Below, piece by piece: positions 1 to 10,379 of a DNA stretch of 64,000 nt. The notes under the pieces were generated by a model, which was not told the DNA's origin, ran no database searches, and was given only the letters and a program-made list of their open reading frames with translations. Position numbers and translations under genes: made by a program. Where the stretch lies: positions 288,001 to 352,000 of the forward strand of contig CAWEMM010000011.1 in NCBI GenBank assembly GCA_963810095.1, given 5' to 3'. Numbering within the stretch: the first letter of the stretch is position 1; the number at the start of each line of letters is the position of its first letter. Source of the stretch: an uncultured Chloroflexia bacterium (GTDB taxonomy: Bacteria > Chloroflexota > Anaerolineae > CG2-30-64-16).

Positions 1-1
1 C

Positions 2-1501
2 GCTCGCCGGGTGCGCGGTCAATTAGGCGGTGGGCCGCTGCGACACGGCCAGGACTCCGGACGTGAGGACCGTGCGCGGACAGCCGCCGCGCCATCCGCG
101 CCCGCGGGTGGGCCGCCCCCGCACCTCTCGTATGTGGGACGGGCCGGGCGGAGCGTGCCCGCGCCTGCCGTCACGGGCAAGGACGGTATCTACCCGGACC
201 TTGATTCCGCAGTCGCCGCAGCACGGCGCGGCTTCCGCAGCCTCGACGAACTCACGCTGGAGAAACGCGTCACGATCGTGGCGGCCATGCGCGAGGCGAT
301 GCGCCGCAATGCTGAATTGCTCGCGACCATGGCGCAGGAAGAGACCGGGCTGGGGCGGGCCGAGGACAAGGTCAAGAAGAACCTCCTCGTGATCGACAAG
401 ACACCCGGGCCAGAAATCCTACAGCCGTCCGCGTGGACCGGGGATCGCGGGCTAACGCTGGTCGAGCGTGCGCCGTACGGCGTGTTCGGCGTGATTACCC
501 CGAGCACCAACCCGACTTCCACGATCATCAACAACGCCATTGGCCTGGTCTCCGCCGGCAATGCCGGCGTCTTCAACGTCCACCCCGGCGCAAAGCGCGT
601 CTCTGCGTACCAGATCCAGTTGCTGAATCGGGCCATCGTGTCGGCAGGGGGTCCGCCCGACGTGCTCACTGCACTGGCCGAGCCGACCGTGGAAAGCGCC
701 CAGGCGTTGATGAAGCACCCGGGCGTCCGCATCCTCCTCATTACGGGTGGGGGCGCGGTGGTCAAGTTGGCCATGGCCTCGGGCAAGCGCGCCATCTGCG
801 CCGGCCCGGGCAACCCGCCCGTCGTCGTCGACGAAACCGCCGACATCGACCTGGCGGGCCGAGAGATCGTCTTCGGCGGCAGCTTCGACAACAACATCAT
901 TTGCGTGGACGAGAAAGAAGTCTTCGCCGTTGCGAGCGTGGCCGACAAGCTCAAGGCCGCGATGGTGGCAAACGGCGCGGTGGAATTGCCCTCGTACCGG
1001 CTCAAGGCGCTCGAGAAAGTCATTTTCGAAAAGCTGCCCGGCCCGCGCGAGCACGGCGTGATGAAGAAGGAATGGATCGGCCAGAATGCGGGAAAGATCC
1101 TGGCGGAGCTGGGCATCTCGGCGCCGAACGCCAGGCTTGTGCTGGTCGAGACGCCGGCCGATCACCCGCTGATCTGGACCGAGCAGCTGATGCCGGTGAT
1201 GCCGCTGGCGCGCGTGCGCAACGTGGACGAGGCCATTGACCTGGCGATCGAGGCGGAGCATGGCTTCGGCCACACGGCCAGCATGTTCAGCCGCAACATC
1301 GACGCGCTCAGCCGGATGGCCCGGGAGATCAACACGAGCATCTTCGTGAAGAACGGGCCAAACCTGGCCGGGTTGGGTTACGGCGGCGAGGGCTTTACCA
1401 GCTTCTCCATCGCCAGCCCTACCGGCGAGGGGCTGACCAACGCGCTGACGTTCACGCGCATTCGCCGTTGTACGATGGTCGACCACTTTCGAATTGTTTA
1501 G
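2..1501 (+). CDS. BMC-associated CoA-acylating aldehyde dehydrogenase (EutE/PduP family), 5' end outside the window
   Basis: Motifs PYGVFGVITPSTNPT, ITGGGAVV, AGPGNPPVVVDETAD, FDNNIICVDEKE (catalytic Cys), EQLMP and C-terminal PTGEGLT...FTRIRRC. The frame is open to the window edge, and a BMC shell gene follows. Confidence 0.9.
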   Translation, partial: ARRVRGQLGGGPLRHGQDSGREDRARTAAAPSAPAGGPPPHLSYVGRAGRSVPAPAVTGKDGIYPDLDSAVAAARRGFRSLDELTLEKRVTIVAAMREAMRRNAELLATMAQEETGLGRAEDKVKKNLLVIDKTPGPEILQPSAWTGDRGLTLVERAPYGVFGVITPSTNPTSTIINNAIGLVSAGNAGVFNVHPGAKRVSAYQIQLLNRAIVSAGGPPDVLTALAEPTVESAQALMKHPGVRILLITGGGAVVKLAMASGKRAICAGPGNPPVVVDETADIDLAGREIVFGGSFDNNIICVDEKEVFAVASVADKLKAAMVANGAVELPSYRLKALEKVIFEKLPGPREHGVMKKEWIGQNAGKILAELGISAPNARLVLVETPADHPLIWTEQLMPVMPLARVRNVDEAIDLAIEAEHGFGHTASMFSRNIDALSRMAREINTSIFVKNGPNLAGLGYGGEGFTSFSIASPTGEGLTNALTFTRIRRCTMVDHFRIV

Positions 1502-1559
1502 TTTGTGCGCATCGCGGGCACGCTGTGCGTGCCGTGATGCGCACAAAAAGTAAGGGACT

Positions 1560-2256
1560 ATGCAGCCAGCCCTCGCCCTCATCGAATTCGACTCTATCGC
1601 GGCAGGCGTACAGGCCGGCGACGCTATGGCCAAGAAGGCCCCGGTCGCGCGCGTCGCCGCGGGCACCGTCCACAACGGCAAGTACCTGGTGCTGGTGGCG
1701 GGCGAGGTCGCCGACGTCGAGGAGTCGTACGCCGAAGGGCTGGCACGTGGGCGCTAGCAGCATCCTCGACAGCGTTTTCCTTCCTGGCGTGCACCCCCAG
1801 GTCGCCTCTGCAGTCGGACGACAGCGCCTCCCCGAGCCTGTGGACAGCCTGGGCATCGTCGAGACACGCACGGTCGCGGCGGCTATCGCTGCAGCCGACG
1901 CCGGGCTCAAAGGTGCCGAAGTCAACCTGATCGAGGTGCGCCTCGCGGATGGGCTGGGCGGCAAAGGGCTCGTCTTTTTCTCCGGCCTGGTGCACGATGT
2001 CGAAGCCGCGGTCCACATCGGCGTCGAGTGCATTTCGTCAACCTCGGCGCTGATCCAGGCGGTCGTCATCCCCCAACTTCACCCCGACATGGCGGCGAAC
2101 ATCCTGGCCGACACCCGCTGGCAGCGCCAACATCTAGGCTCGCCGCGCCGTTGTTATGTCCTGTTGGGGGCGGGCTCGCCCCCAACACCCCCGCTTCGGT
2201 GGCTGCGCCCCCGAAACCCCCAAAGGCTACGCTCCCAGCACTGCTTACGCCCCTAG
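1560..2256 (+). CDS. Tandem-domain BMC shell protein (BMC-T, PduT-like), frameshift near 1745
   Basis: ORF 1560..1757 (ALALIEFDSIAAGVQAGDAMAK...GKYLVLVAGEVADV) joins the 1468..2256 frame (SLGIVETRTVAAAIAAADAGLKGAEV...GLGGKG...DVEAAV), giving two BMC domains. The last ~30 codons run into a repeat element, so the true end is uncertain. Confidence 0.85.
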
Positions 2257-2585
2257 CAATCACGCTGCCAGTACACAGGCAACCTCATACATCACGCGCC
2301 CCACGATGCCGGTTCTGCGGAATTTCGTCACTGGCAGCCCCGCACCGGTTCGGAAGCTACATCCGTCATCTCGCAGACGCACCATCCCCCGAGCTAATTT
2401 TGGGAGTCAAGGGGCGGAGCCCCTTGTCGAGGGTGCTGGGGGCCGGGCGGCCCCAGCAGAGATACTCGCTGAGCCAGAGCCACGCGGGGTGCTGGGGGCC
2501 GGATGGCCCCGAGCAAGAGCAAACCCCGAACCACTGCCGGCGCGGGGCGCTGGGGGCCGGGTGGCCCCCGGCAAGAGCAAACACC
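2162..2585. repeat. GC-rich inverted-repeat element (family C) plus two extra partial right-end units
   Basis: Unit tgttgggggcggg...cccccaac-cccc-gc...ggctgcgccccc...acccccaaa at 2162-2224, a reverse-complement unit at ~2399-2458, and partial units at ~2486 and ~2544. Homologous to 17584-18122. Confidence 0.7.
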
Positions 2586-2630
2586 GGTCCATTGCCTCGG
2601 ACGCAGGCCTTCGCGTTCCGGGCCAGGCGG

Positions 2631-2639
2631 TGCTACAAT
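2631..2639 (+). promoter_or_regulatory. Extended -10 promoter (TGcTACAAT)
   Basis: 30 bp upstream of the nitroreductase start; GGAGG RBS follows. Confidence 0.5.
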
Positions 2640-2669
2640 GCCCCCAGCATGCGTGGAGGCTGAGCACCG

Positions 2670-3449
2670 ATGACCCAAACCCAACCCAACCCCACTCTCG
2701 ATCTGATGCACCGCCACGGCTCGGTACGCCGCTACCGGCCCGACCCGGTTTCCTCCGACATGGTTACGGAGATCGTCCGTGCCGCTCAACGGGCGTCCAC
2801 ATCGTCCAACCTGCAAATGTGGACGGTGATTGCGGTCACCGGCGCCGAAAAACGGGGCCGGCTGGCGGAGTTGTGCGGTAATCAGTCGCACATCCTCGAC
2901 GCACCTGTCTTCCTCGCCTGGTGTGCCGACCTGGCACGCCTGGACCGGGCATGCGAGTTACGTGGCTACACGCAAGTCACGGAGTACGTCGAGAACTTCC
3001 TGGTGGCCGCGACCGACGCGGTGATTGCGTCGCAGCAGGCGGCGCTCGCGGCCGAGTCGTTCGGGCTGGGCATCTGTTACATCGGAGGCCTGCGCAACTG
3101 CCCCGCCGAGGTCATCGAACTGCTCGAGATGCCACGGCTGACCTTCCCGGTGGCCGGTATGACGCTCGGCTGGCCCGCGGCCCACCCACCCATCCGCCCC
3201 CGGCTCGATACAGAGGCGGTGCTCCACTGGGAGCGTTACGACACGCGCGAACAAGACCGGTTGCTGGCCGCGTACGACCGTGCCATGATCGACACGGGCA
3301 TTTACCAGGGGCGACAGGTCGCGACGCCCGGCCAAAGCGGCGAGATGCAGGACTACGGCTGGCTGGAACACTCGGCCCGCCGGGTGTCTCAACCCTCGCG
3401 CACGGGGCTGCGCGAGGAATTGGCGAAACAGGGTTTTCTGTTAGAGTAG
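2670..3449 (+). CDS. NADPH-dependent flavin oxidoreductase, nitroreductase NfsA/NfrA family
   Basis: HGSVRRY, RASTSSNLQ, AAESFGLGICYIGGLRN, GMTLGWP, RPRL...LHWERY. Confidence 0.9.
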   Translation: MTQTQPNPTLDLMHRHGSVRRYRPDPVSSDMVTEIVRAAQRASTSSNLQMWTVIAVTGAEKRGRLAELCGNQSHILDAPVFLAWCADLARLDRACELRGYTQVTEYVENFLVAATDAVIASQQAALAAESFGLGICYIGGLRNCPAEVIELLEMPRLTFPVAGMTLGWPAAHPPIRPRLDTEAVLHWERYDTREQDRLLAAYDRAMIDTGIYQGRQVATPGQSGEMQDYGWLEHSARRVSQPSRTGLREELAKQGFLLE

Positions 3450-3496
3450 CAGACATCAAGCAACCATGATGAAGTCGTAAGAGAGGAGCGTGGGCT

Positions 3497-4690
3497 GTGG
3501 CGATGCAGGCAGACGACGTTGTCATCCTAAGTGCGGCACGGACGCCAATCGGCAAATTTCAGGGTGCGCTCGCCGAAACCCCGGCGACGAAACTGGGAGC
3601 CATCGCAATACGGGCTGCTTGCGAGCGGTCGGGCGTGGATCCGAGTTTGATCACCGAAGTGTTCATGGGCAACGTGGTTCAGGCGGGCGAAGGCCAGGCC
3701 CCTGCTCGTCAGGCGGCCATCGGCGCGGGCATCCCCCCGACCACCGGCGCGACAACCATCAACAAGGTGTGCGGGTCGGGCCTGCGCGCCGTCATGTTCG
3801 CCGCATCTGCGATACGGGCGGGCGAAGGCGACTTCTTCGTCGCCGGCGGCATGGAGAACATGAACAGTGCGCCCTACCTGCTGCCCAACGCGCGCTTCGG
3901 CTACCGGCTGGGCAACGGAGAGCTGGTCGACGCAGTCGTCCACGATGGCCTGCTCGATCCTTATGACAACAAGCACATGGGCGAGTTTGCAGAGTGGACC
4001 GCGGAAACCTTCGGCATCAGCCGGCAGGATCAGGACGAGCTTGCCCTGCGCAGCCACCGGCGGGCGGTTGCAGCGCAGGACGAAGGCCGCTTCAAGGCTG
4101 AAATCGCACCGGTGCCCCTGCCCCAGCGCCGCGGCGATCCCATCCCCTACGACACCGACGAAGGACCCCGCCGCAACACGTCCGCGGAACTGCTCGCGGG
4201 TCTGAAGCCCGTCTTCCGTGCGGGCGGCACCGTCACGGCGGGCAACGCGCCGGGCATTACCGACGGCGCGGCTGCGCTAGTCGTGGCGCGGCGCGCGGCG
4301 GCTGATGCCGCAGGGCTTAAGCCCATGGCCAGGATCGTTGGCTATGCGCAAGGACAACTCAAGCCGAGCGAAGTATTTATCGCGCCCGTCAAGGCCATCG
4401 GGCGGCTCTGCGAACGGCTCGGCCGCGAGCCCGGCGACTTCGATCTCTACGAGCTCAACGAGGCTTTCGCGGCGCAAGCAGCGCACAACATCCGTGAACT
4501 GGGACTGGACCCAGAGCGGGTCAACGTGAACGGCGGAGCCATCGCGCTCGGTCACCCCATCGGGGCCAGCGGCGCGCGGGTCCTGACCACGCTTCTGTAC
4601 GCTCTGGCGAGCCGCGGGCTGCACACGGGACTCGCGTCGCTGTGCCTGGGCGGCGGCGAGGCGGTCGCGCTTGCGGTGGAAATGGAGTAA
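3497..4690 (+). CDS. Acetyl-CoA C-acyltransferase (thiolase)
   Basis: NKVCGSG, NEAFAAQ, GHPIGASG and CLGGG thiolase motifs. Confidence 0.95.
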   Translation: MAMQADDVVILSAARTPIGKFQGALAETPATKLGAIAIRAACERSGVDPSLITEVFMGNVVQAGEGQAPARQAAIGAGIPPTTGATTINKVCGSGLRAVMFAASAIRAGEGDFFVAGGMENMNSAPYLLPNARFGYRLGNGELVDAVVHDGLLDPYDNKHMGEFAEWTAETFGISRQDQDELALRSHRRAVAAQDEGRFKAEIAPVPLPQRRGDPIPYDTDEGPRRNTSAELLAGLKPVFRAGGTVTAGNAPGITDGAAALVVARRAAADAAGLKPMARIVGYAQGQLKPSEVFIAPVKAIGRLCERLGREPGDFDLYELNEAFAAQAAHNIRELGLDPERVNVNGGAIALGHPIGASGARVLTTLLYALASRGLHTGLASLCLGGGEAVALAVEME

Positions 4691-7600
4691 TGATCGAACA
4701 CTTGCACCAGGGTGGGCTGCTGCGGGCAAAGCTAAGCCCGCCACAGCCATACCGCCGCACGCTCGCGCGACCACGCGTGCTGGCGTGCCTGACACAGGCG
4801 CTGGAGCACCGTCTGACGGTGGTTCATGCCGGCGCAGGGTACGGCAAGACCACCGCGCTGGCTTCACTGTGGCGTGAGTTGGGCGGCGGGGCCACGAAAC
4901 CGGTCGCTCCAGACCTTGCAACGGCCGCCGGCGGCCCCCACGAGATTGAGCCGGCCTGGCTGACCCTGGACAGCACGGATCGCGAGCCGAGGCAGTTCCT
5001 CGCCTACCTCAGCGCCGCATGCAATGCTGAAGCCGAGTCCTTGGCGCTCGAATGGGAAGGCGGCGCCGGGGCCGACTGGCGCAGGCAGATCGACCGGCTG
5101 TTGAATGCGCTCACGGTGCCCGAACGCGATGCCCGGCTGCTGATCCTCGACGATTTTCACCTCCTGGCGGGCGAGCCAGACGTGCTCGCGATGATGGAAC
5201 GGCTGCTCGCCTACCTCCCCGCAAACCTGCACGTGATCCTTGCGACGCGGCAGCCGGTTCCATTCGAATCCATCGCCGCCTGGCGTGCTCGAGGCGAAGT
5301 GCTCGAGGTCGGGAGCCGGGACCTCGCGTTCACCAGGGACGAGGTGCAGGCGCTCTTCGAGGAGAGCTACGGCGCGGGACTAGACCCGGACGACGCCGCG
5401 ACGCTGACCGAGTTAACCGAAGGCTGGCCGATTGCGTTGCAACTGGCCTGGCAAAGCCTGCGGAGCGGGCTGGGCCCCGGGCAGGTCCGCCTGGAGCCGA
5501 GCCGCGACATTCGCCGGCTGATCGAGCAGGGCAGCGGCCCCTCACACGTCCTTTTCGAGTACCTTGCGCACGAATTGCTCGACCGCCAGCCGCCGAGCGT
5601 CGTCAACTTTCTGCTCGACACCTCGGTCCTGCGCGATCTGACCCCGGGCGCGTGCGCCGCCGTGCGTGAGGACGAGGCGGCGGGAGACCTGCTGATCCGC
5701 GTCCACGAGCTGGACCTGTTCACGGTGTCCCTCGGCGACGGTCACTACCGCTATCACCACCTTTTCCACGACTTCCTCCGCGCGGGCAGCGGCCGACCCT
5801 TCGGGCGTCTGTGTGCGTCACGCCCGCGCCGCCGGTCACTTCGCCAGCGTGGGGCAGGCCGAAGAGGCAGTCTATCACTGGCTGCAAGCGGACGAGTTCC
5901 GGTCGGCGGCCGGGGCGATCGAATCTGCGGCCCCGGCCCTGCTGACGGCCGGCCGGCTTGATGTGGTCGCCGGATGGATCGACGCACTCCCGCCGTCTCT
6001 TCTGGCCGAGAGTCCGGCACTGCAGGCCCTGCTCGGAGACATCTGCCGGCTGCAGAGCCGGTTCGACCAGGCCCTTGGCTGGTACGCGGAGGCCGAGCGC
6101 ATCTATCAGAGCCGCGGCGATCGAGCCGGGATGAGCCGGGCCCTGCACGGGCAGGCGTCCGTCTACCTCGACACGGTCCGCCCCGCCCAAGCCGAGGGGC
6201 TGCTGCAGGAAGCGCTCCGGCTGAGCGAAGGCATTGCCGATCGCGAATCTCAGGCCCGCTTGCTCGACCTGCTGGCCGAGAACAAGCTGAATGTGGGCAA
6301 GCCGGGCGAAGCCGAGGCCCTGCGGGCAGAAGCTCAGAACCTGCGCGAGGAGGGGCCGACCGCAGATGCCTTGAGCGTGCGCGTGAAGCTGCGGACGGGC
6401 CAACTGGCGCAGGCGCGCGCGATGCTGGAGGCGCGCGTCGACGCCGAACGCCGCGCCGCGGAGGGCGGACAAATGGGACCGCCGCGCGCCCACCGGGAGA
6501 CGCGTCCTGATCTTGTCGCTGATCGCTGCGTTACAGGGAAGCGCCGAAACTGCGCTGACGCTTGCGCAGGAAGGCATCCAGCTTGGCGAGCGCCTGAACT
6601 CGCCCTTTGTGACCGCCGTGGGCCAGATGCGGCTCGGGCATGCGCTGCAGATCCAGGCCCACCAGGCCGCTGCCCGAGGCTGGGAAGGCGTCCTACCCGG
6701 TGGAACCGGCCCAAGCCCCGCAGCCAGCCGCGACGAAGCCATCCGGGGATACCGGGCCGCGATCGCGCTGGGCGATGCATTGGACGTGCGCCGGACACGC
6801 GCGGAGGCCATGTGGGGACTCACCCGAGCGTTCGGTTACTTCGGCGGCGCGGGCGAAGGCGGCGGCGACATTAAGGCCGCAGAGGACGCGGCGCGCGAAG
6901 GGCTGGAAATCGCACATTGGGCCGGCGACTTGTGGGTGGGCGCTCTGACCGAAATGACCCTTGGCGCCAGCTATGTCCTGGTAGACCAGCCCCACGAGGG
7001 CCTGCTCGCGCTGAGCCGGGCCACAGCCGCGTTCCGCGACTGCGGCGACACCTTCGGCCGCGCCGCCGCGCGACTTTGGGAGGCCCTGGCCCACGCCGCG
7101 CTCAAGCATCAGGAAGCCGCGCTGGGCGCGCTGCACGAAGCGCTGGGCCTGTGTGCCGTCAACGGGTACGACTATCTGTTGACCGCCCCGACCCTGCTCG
7201 GGCCGCCGGATGCCCGTCGCCTCGTGCCGCTCCTGCTAAAGGCTCGCACGCATCGCCTGCACACGGCATACGTGGGGCGCCTGCTGGCGCTGCTGGATAT
7301 CCCTGCCGTTCAGGCGCATGCCGGTTACCGTCTCCACGTCCAAACGCTTGGGGCGTTCCGGGTCTGGCGCGGCGCGGCCGAGGTGGCGCCGCGCGATTGG
7401 CAGCGCGACAAGGCGCGGCAGTTGTTCCAACTGTTCGTCACGGAGCGCGGACGGTGGCTGAATCGGGACGAAGTGGTCGAGCGCCTGTGGCCGAGCCTCG
7501 GGCCGGAAGCGGCCGTGCGCGACTTCAAGGTGGCGCTCAACGCGCTGAACCGGGCCGTCGAGCCGGGCCATGCGCCCGACGAACCGTTCGCGTTCGTCGC

Positions 7601-8108
7601 ACGCGAAGGCGCGGCATACCGCCTGCGCCCCGACGCAGATTTGTGGCTCGACCTCGCGGATTTTGAGCGCCGCTGCGAGGCCGGCCTGCGCGGGCCGCTG
7701 GGCGGGCCGGAGGCAGAGGCCACGCTGGAGCACCTGCGAGCGGGACTGCGCCTCTACCAGGGCGACTACCTGCCGGACGCGCTCTACGAAGATTGGGCGA
7801 CCGAGACGCGCGAGCGAATGCTCACGCTCTACCTGCGGGCGGCCGACCGGCTGGCCACCGCCCTGCTCGAACGCGGCCAGCACGAAGAAGCCCTGGACGT
7901 CTGCGGCGCAATCCTGGCGCGCGATGCTTGCTGGGAGCGCGCGTACCGCATCGAAATGCAGGCGTGCGCGCTGCTGGGCAATCGACCGCAGGCGCTGAAA
8001 TCTTATCAGCGCTGCCGCACCGTCCTCGCGGCCCAACTCGACGTCCCTCCTTCCCCAGAAACGGTCTCCCTCGCCGCCGCGCTCGGTCTGCACGGAGGCC
8101 GGCTGTAA
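4690..8108 (+). CDS. MalT-like STAND ATPase / TPR / wHTH-BTAD (SARP-type) transcriptional activator, frameshifts near 5800 and 6505
   Basis: LRAKLSPP, Walker A AGAGYGKT, LILDDFH, TEGWP and YRYHHLF in the first fragment; TPR-like middle; C-terminal VQTLGAFRV...LWP...LYQGDYLPD...WERAY BTAD domain. ATG overlaps the thiolase stop. Confidence 0.85.
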
Positions 8109-8136
8109 CTCACCTGTGACTCCCCCTCGCTATACT
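8103..8136 (+). promoter_or_regulatory. Candidate SARP/BTAD operator and promoter
   Basis: CTGTAACTC (8103-8111) and CTGTGACTC (8114-8122) form an 11-bp-period direct repeat ending 8 bp before TATACT (8131-8136). Confidence 0.6.
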
Positions 8137-8173
8137 CGTCCCAGCCATTTCGCGTGCGCGAGGATTGCGAGCT

Positions 8174-8428
8174 ATGCCCGACGACTCTCTGCCAACACCT
8201 GCCGAACCCAACCTCGACTCTTTCGTCTTGCGCTTCGTGTCCAACCGTGAAGGCCCTTCAGTTCGAGCAGGCGCCGAAAGCGGGTCCGACGACGGCTGCG
8301 GCGCAGTTGGATGGCACGGCGTCATCCGCCACGTGCAGACGAATCGTGAGCGGGCTTTCAGCCGTTGGACAGATGCCGTCGCATTTATCTCCGAATTCGT
8401 GCACGTGGGAGAGAACAAGGATGAGTGA
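8174..8428 (+). CDS. Small hypothetical protein (SFVLRF...WHGVIRHVQT...F type)
   Basis: GAGGA RBS, overlap with the next start codon, and a compact globular-looking sequence. Confidence 0.7.
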   Translation: MPDDSLPTPAEPNLDSFVLRFVSNREGPSVRAGAESGSDDGCGAVGWHGVIRHVQTNRERAFSRWTDAVAFISEFVHVGENKDE

Positions 8429-9467
8429 GTCCAGCGCCGGGATCGTCAGCGTAGGCATGTATGTGCCGGAGCCCGTGATGACGGCGGCCGACATCGCCGC
8501 GGCCAGTGGGATCGAAGAGTGGGTGGTGCGCGAGAAGTTCGGCATCACGCAGAAGCACGTGCCCGGCCCCGACGACCACACCAATGCGATGGCCGTGCGG
8601 GCCGCGCTCGACTGCCTCGCACACGCGGACATAAAGCCCGAGGACATCGACGTCGTCCTGTGCACGACGGAAGAGTGGAAAGAGTACCTGCTTTGGACCG
8701 CCGGCATCAAGCTGGCGTACGAAATCGGCGCAACGCGGGCGTGGGCCATCGACGTACAGATGCGCTGTGGGACGACCATCGCCGCCATGAAGATGGCGAA
8801 GGACATGATGCTGGCCGACGAGGAGATCCGGACTGTGCTCATCGCCGGAGGCTACCGCAACGGGGACCTCATCAATTACCGAAACCACCGCACGTCGTTC
8901 ATGTTCAACCTTGCAGCCGGCGCCGGCGCGATGCTGCTGCAGCGAGGGTATCCCCGCAACCGGGTCTTGGGCAGCCACCTGATGACCGACGGCTACATGA
9001 GCGAGCACGTTGTCGTGCCCGCCAGCGGTACCAAGCGCTTTCCCACCGATGCGGCCGTGGCAGAGGGCCTGTTTTACCTGGACCTCGTCGAGCCGGAAGC
9101 CATGAAGAGCCGGCTGAACGCGGTTTCGATGGACAACTGGATGCACTGCGTGGACGAGGCGCTGCGCAAGTCTGGGTCCAAGCCCGACGGCGCGGGCGGA
9201 ACCCGCTCCTACACCCGGGCCGACATCGGCTACCTCAACGTCCTGCACATGAAGCCATCGGCGCACAAGGACATGCTCCAGCGACTGGGGCTGACCGAAG
9301 AACAGTCCGTCTACCTTTCAGACTACGGCCACATCGGGCAGCAGGATGCCATGGTTTCGATCGTCGAGGGTCTGCGGCAGGGCCGGCTCAAGGACGGCGA
9401 CCTGATGGTCATCGTCGCAGCCGGCATTGGCTACACCTGGGGCGCGGGGTGCGTGCAGTGGGGGTAG
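8421..9467 (+). CDS. KAS III (FabH)-like condensing enzyme 1, Cys-His-His active site
   Basis: GIVSVGMYVPE, DVQMRCGTT, VLHMK, YGHIGQQD, AAGIGYTWG. Confidence 0.85.
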   Translation: MSESSAGIVSVGMYVPEPVMTAADIAAASGIEEWVVREKFGITQKHVPGPDDHTNAMAVRAALDCLAHADIKPEDIDVVLCTTEEWKEYLLWTAGIKLAYEIGATRAWAIDVQMRCGTTIAAMKMAKDMMLADEEIRTVLIAGGYRNGDLINYRNHRTSFMFNLAAGAGAMLLQRGYPRNRVLGSHLMTDGYMSEHVVVPASGTKRFPTDAAVAEGLFYLDLVEPEAMKSRLNAVSMDNWMHCVDEALRKSGSKPDGAGGTRSYTRADIGYLNVLHMKPSAHKDMLQRLGLTEEQSVYLSDYGHIGQQDAMVSIVEGLRQGRLKDGDLMVIVAAGIGYTWGAGCVQWG

Positions 9468-9563
9468 AATAGCCCGGAGATCCAGCTGATTGAACTGATC
9501 TCGGCGATCTATTTTGGAAAGGATCATGGGGATCAGTCTGGTCAGTCAAATCAGCGTCCCATT
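9468..9563. repeat. Palindromic intergenic repeat family A, copy 1
   Basis: aatagcccggagatccagctgattgaactgat...atcagtctggtcagtcaaatcagcgtcccatt; similar to the copies at 11407, 36102 and 51781. Confidence 0.75.
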
Positions 9564-9575
9564 AAGGAGTGTCTT

Positions 9576-10379
9576 ATGCCGACGATTTGCGTGAACGACA
9601 TCGACCTCTACTATGAGCTTTACGGCGACGGCGAGCCGCTCGTGCTCATCTCGGGGCTCGGGTATGGGCTTTGGCAGTGGCACAAGATGATCCCCTTCCT
9701 GGCCGGGCGGCGGCAGGTCATCGCCTTCGATAACCGCGGCGCAGGGCAAACGGCGAAGCCCGCTGGCCCCTACACCGCACCCATGCTCGCCGAGGACACG
9801 GCCCGCCTGATCGAGGAAGTGGTCGGTGGGCCGGCGGCAGTCATGGGCCACTCGATGGGCGGCTTCATCGCCCAGCAGCTTGCGCTGGCCCGGCCCGACC
9901 TGGTCAGCAAGCTCATCCTGGCCTCGACCAACTTCGGCGGCCCCAATGCCGCGCCGGTAACGCCCGAGGCCCTGGCCGCCATGCTGGATCGTTCGGGCGA
10001 CCCGGCCGACGTCGTGCGCCGGGGGGTCGGCATCGCCACCGCGCCCGGTTTTATCGACGCGCATCCTGACGTTCTCGCCGAGCTGATGAACTACCGGTTC
10101 ACGAACCCCGTGCCGCCCGAGGCCTACCAGGCCCAGATGGCGATCGGACTCGGACTGCTTTCGCCCGCGGCCGCTTTCGAGGGGAAGCTCGGCGCGGTCC
10201 GGGTTCCCACGCTCATCCTGTTCGGCGCGCACGACAACGTCGTGCCGCCCGCCAATGCCCGTCTGCTTGCCGCTCAGCTGCCGCAAAGCAAAATCGTGAT
10301 CCTGCCCGGCGCAGGCCACATGTTCCCGATTGAAGCGCCGGAAGAGGCTGCGCAGTCCGTATTGGAGTTCCTGGGATGA
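9576..10379 (+). CDS. Alpha/beta hydrolase
   Basis: LVLISGLG, FDNRGAG, nucleophile GHSMGG, GAHDNVVP, GAGHM. Confidence 0.9.
   Translation: MPTICVNDIDLYYELYGDGEPLVLISGLGYGLWQWHKMIPFLAGRRQVIAFDNRGAGQTAKPAGPYTAPMLAEDTARLIEEVVGGPAAVMGHSMGGFIAQQLALARPDLVSKLILASTNFGGPNAAPVTPEALAAMLDRSGDPADVVRRGVGIATAPGFIDAHPDVLAELMNYRFTNPVPPEAYQAQMAIGLGLLSPAAAFEGKLGAVRVPTLILFGAHDNVVPPANARLLAAQLPQSKIVILPGAGHMFPIEAPEEAAQSVLEFLG

Noticed and set aside
2430-2585. Three spaced repeats resembling a mini-CRISPR
   Set aside because: The units are degenerate, spacers are short, no cas genes are present, and the units are ends of the family C element.
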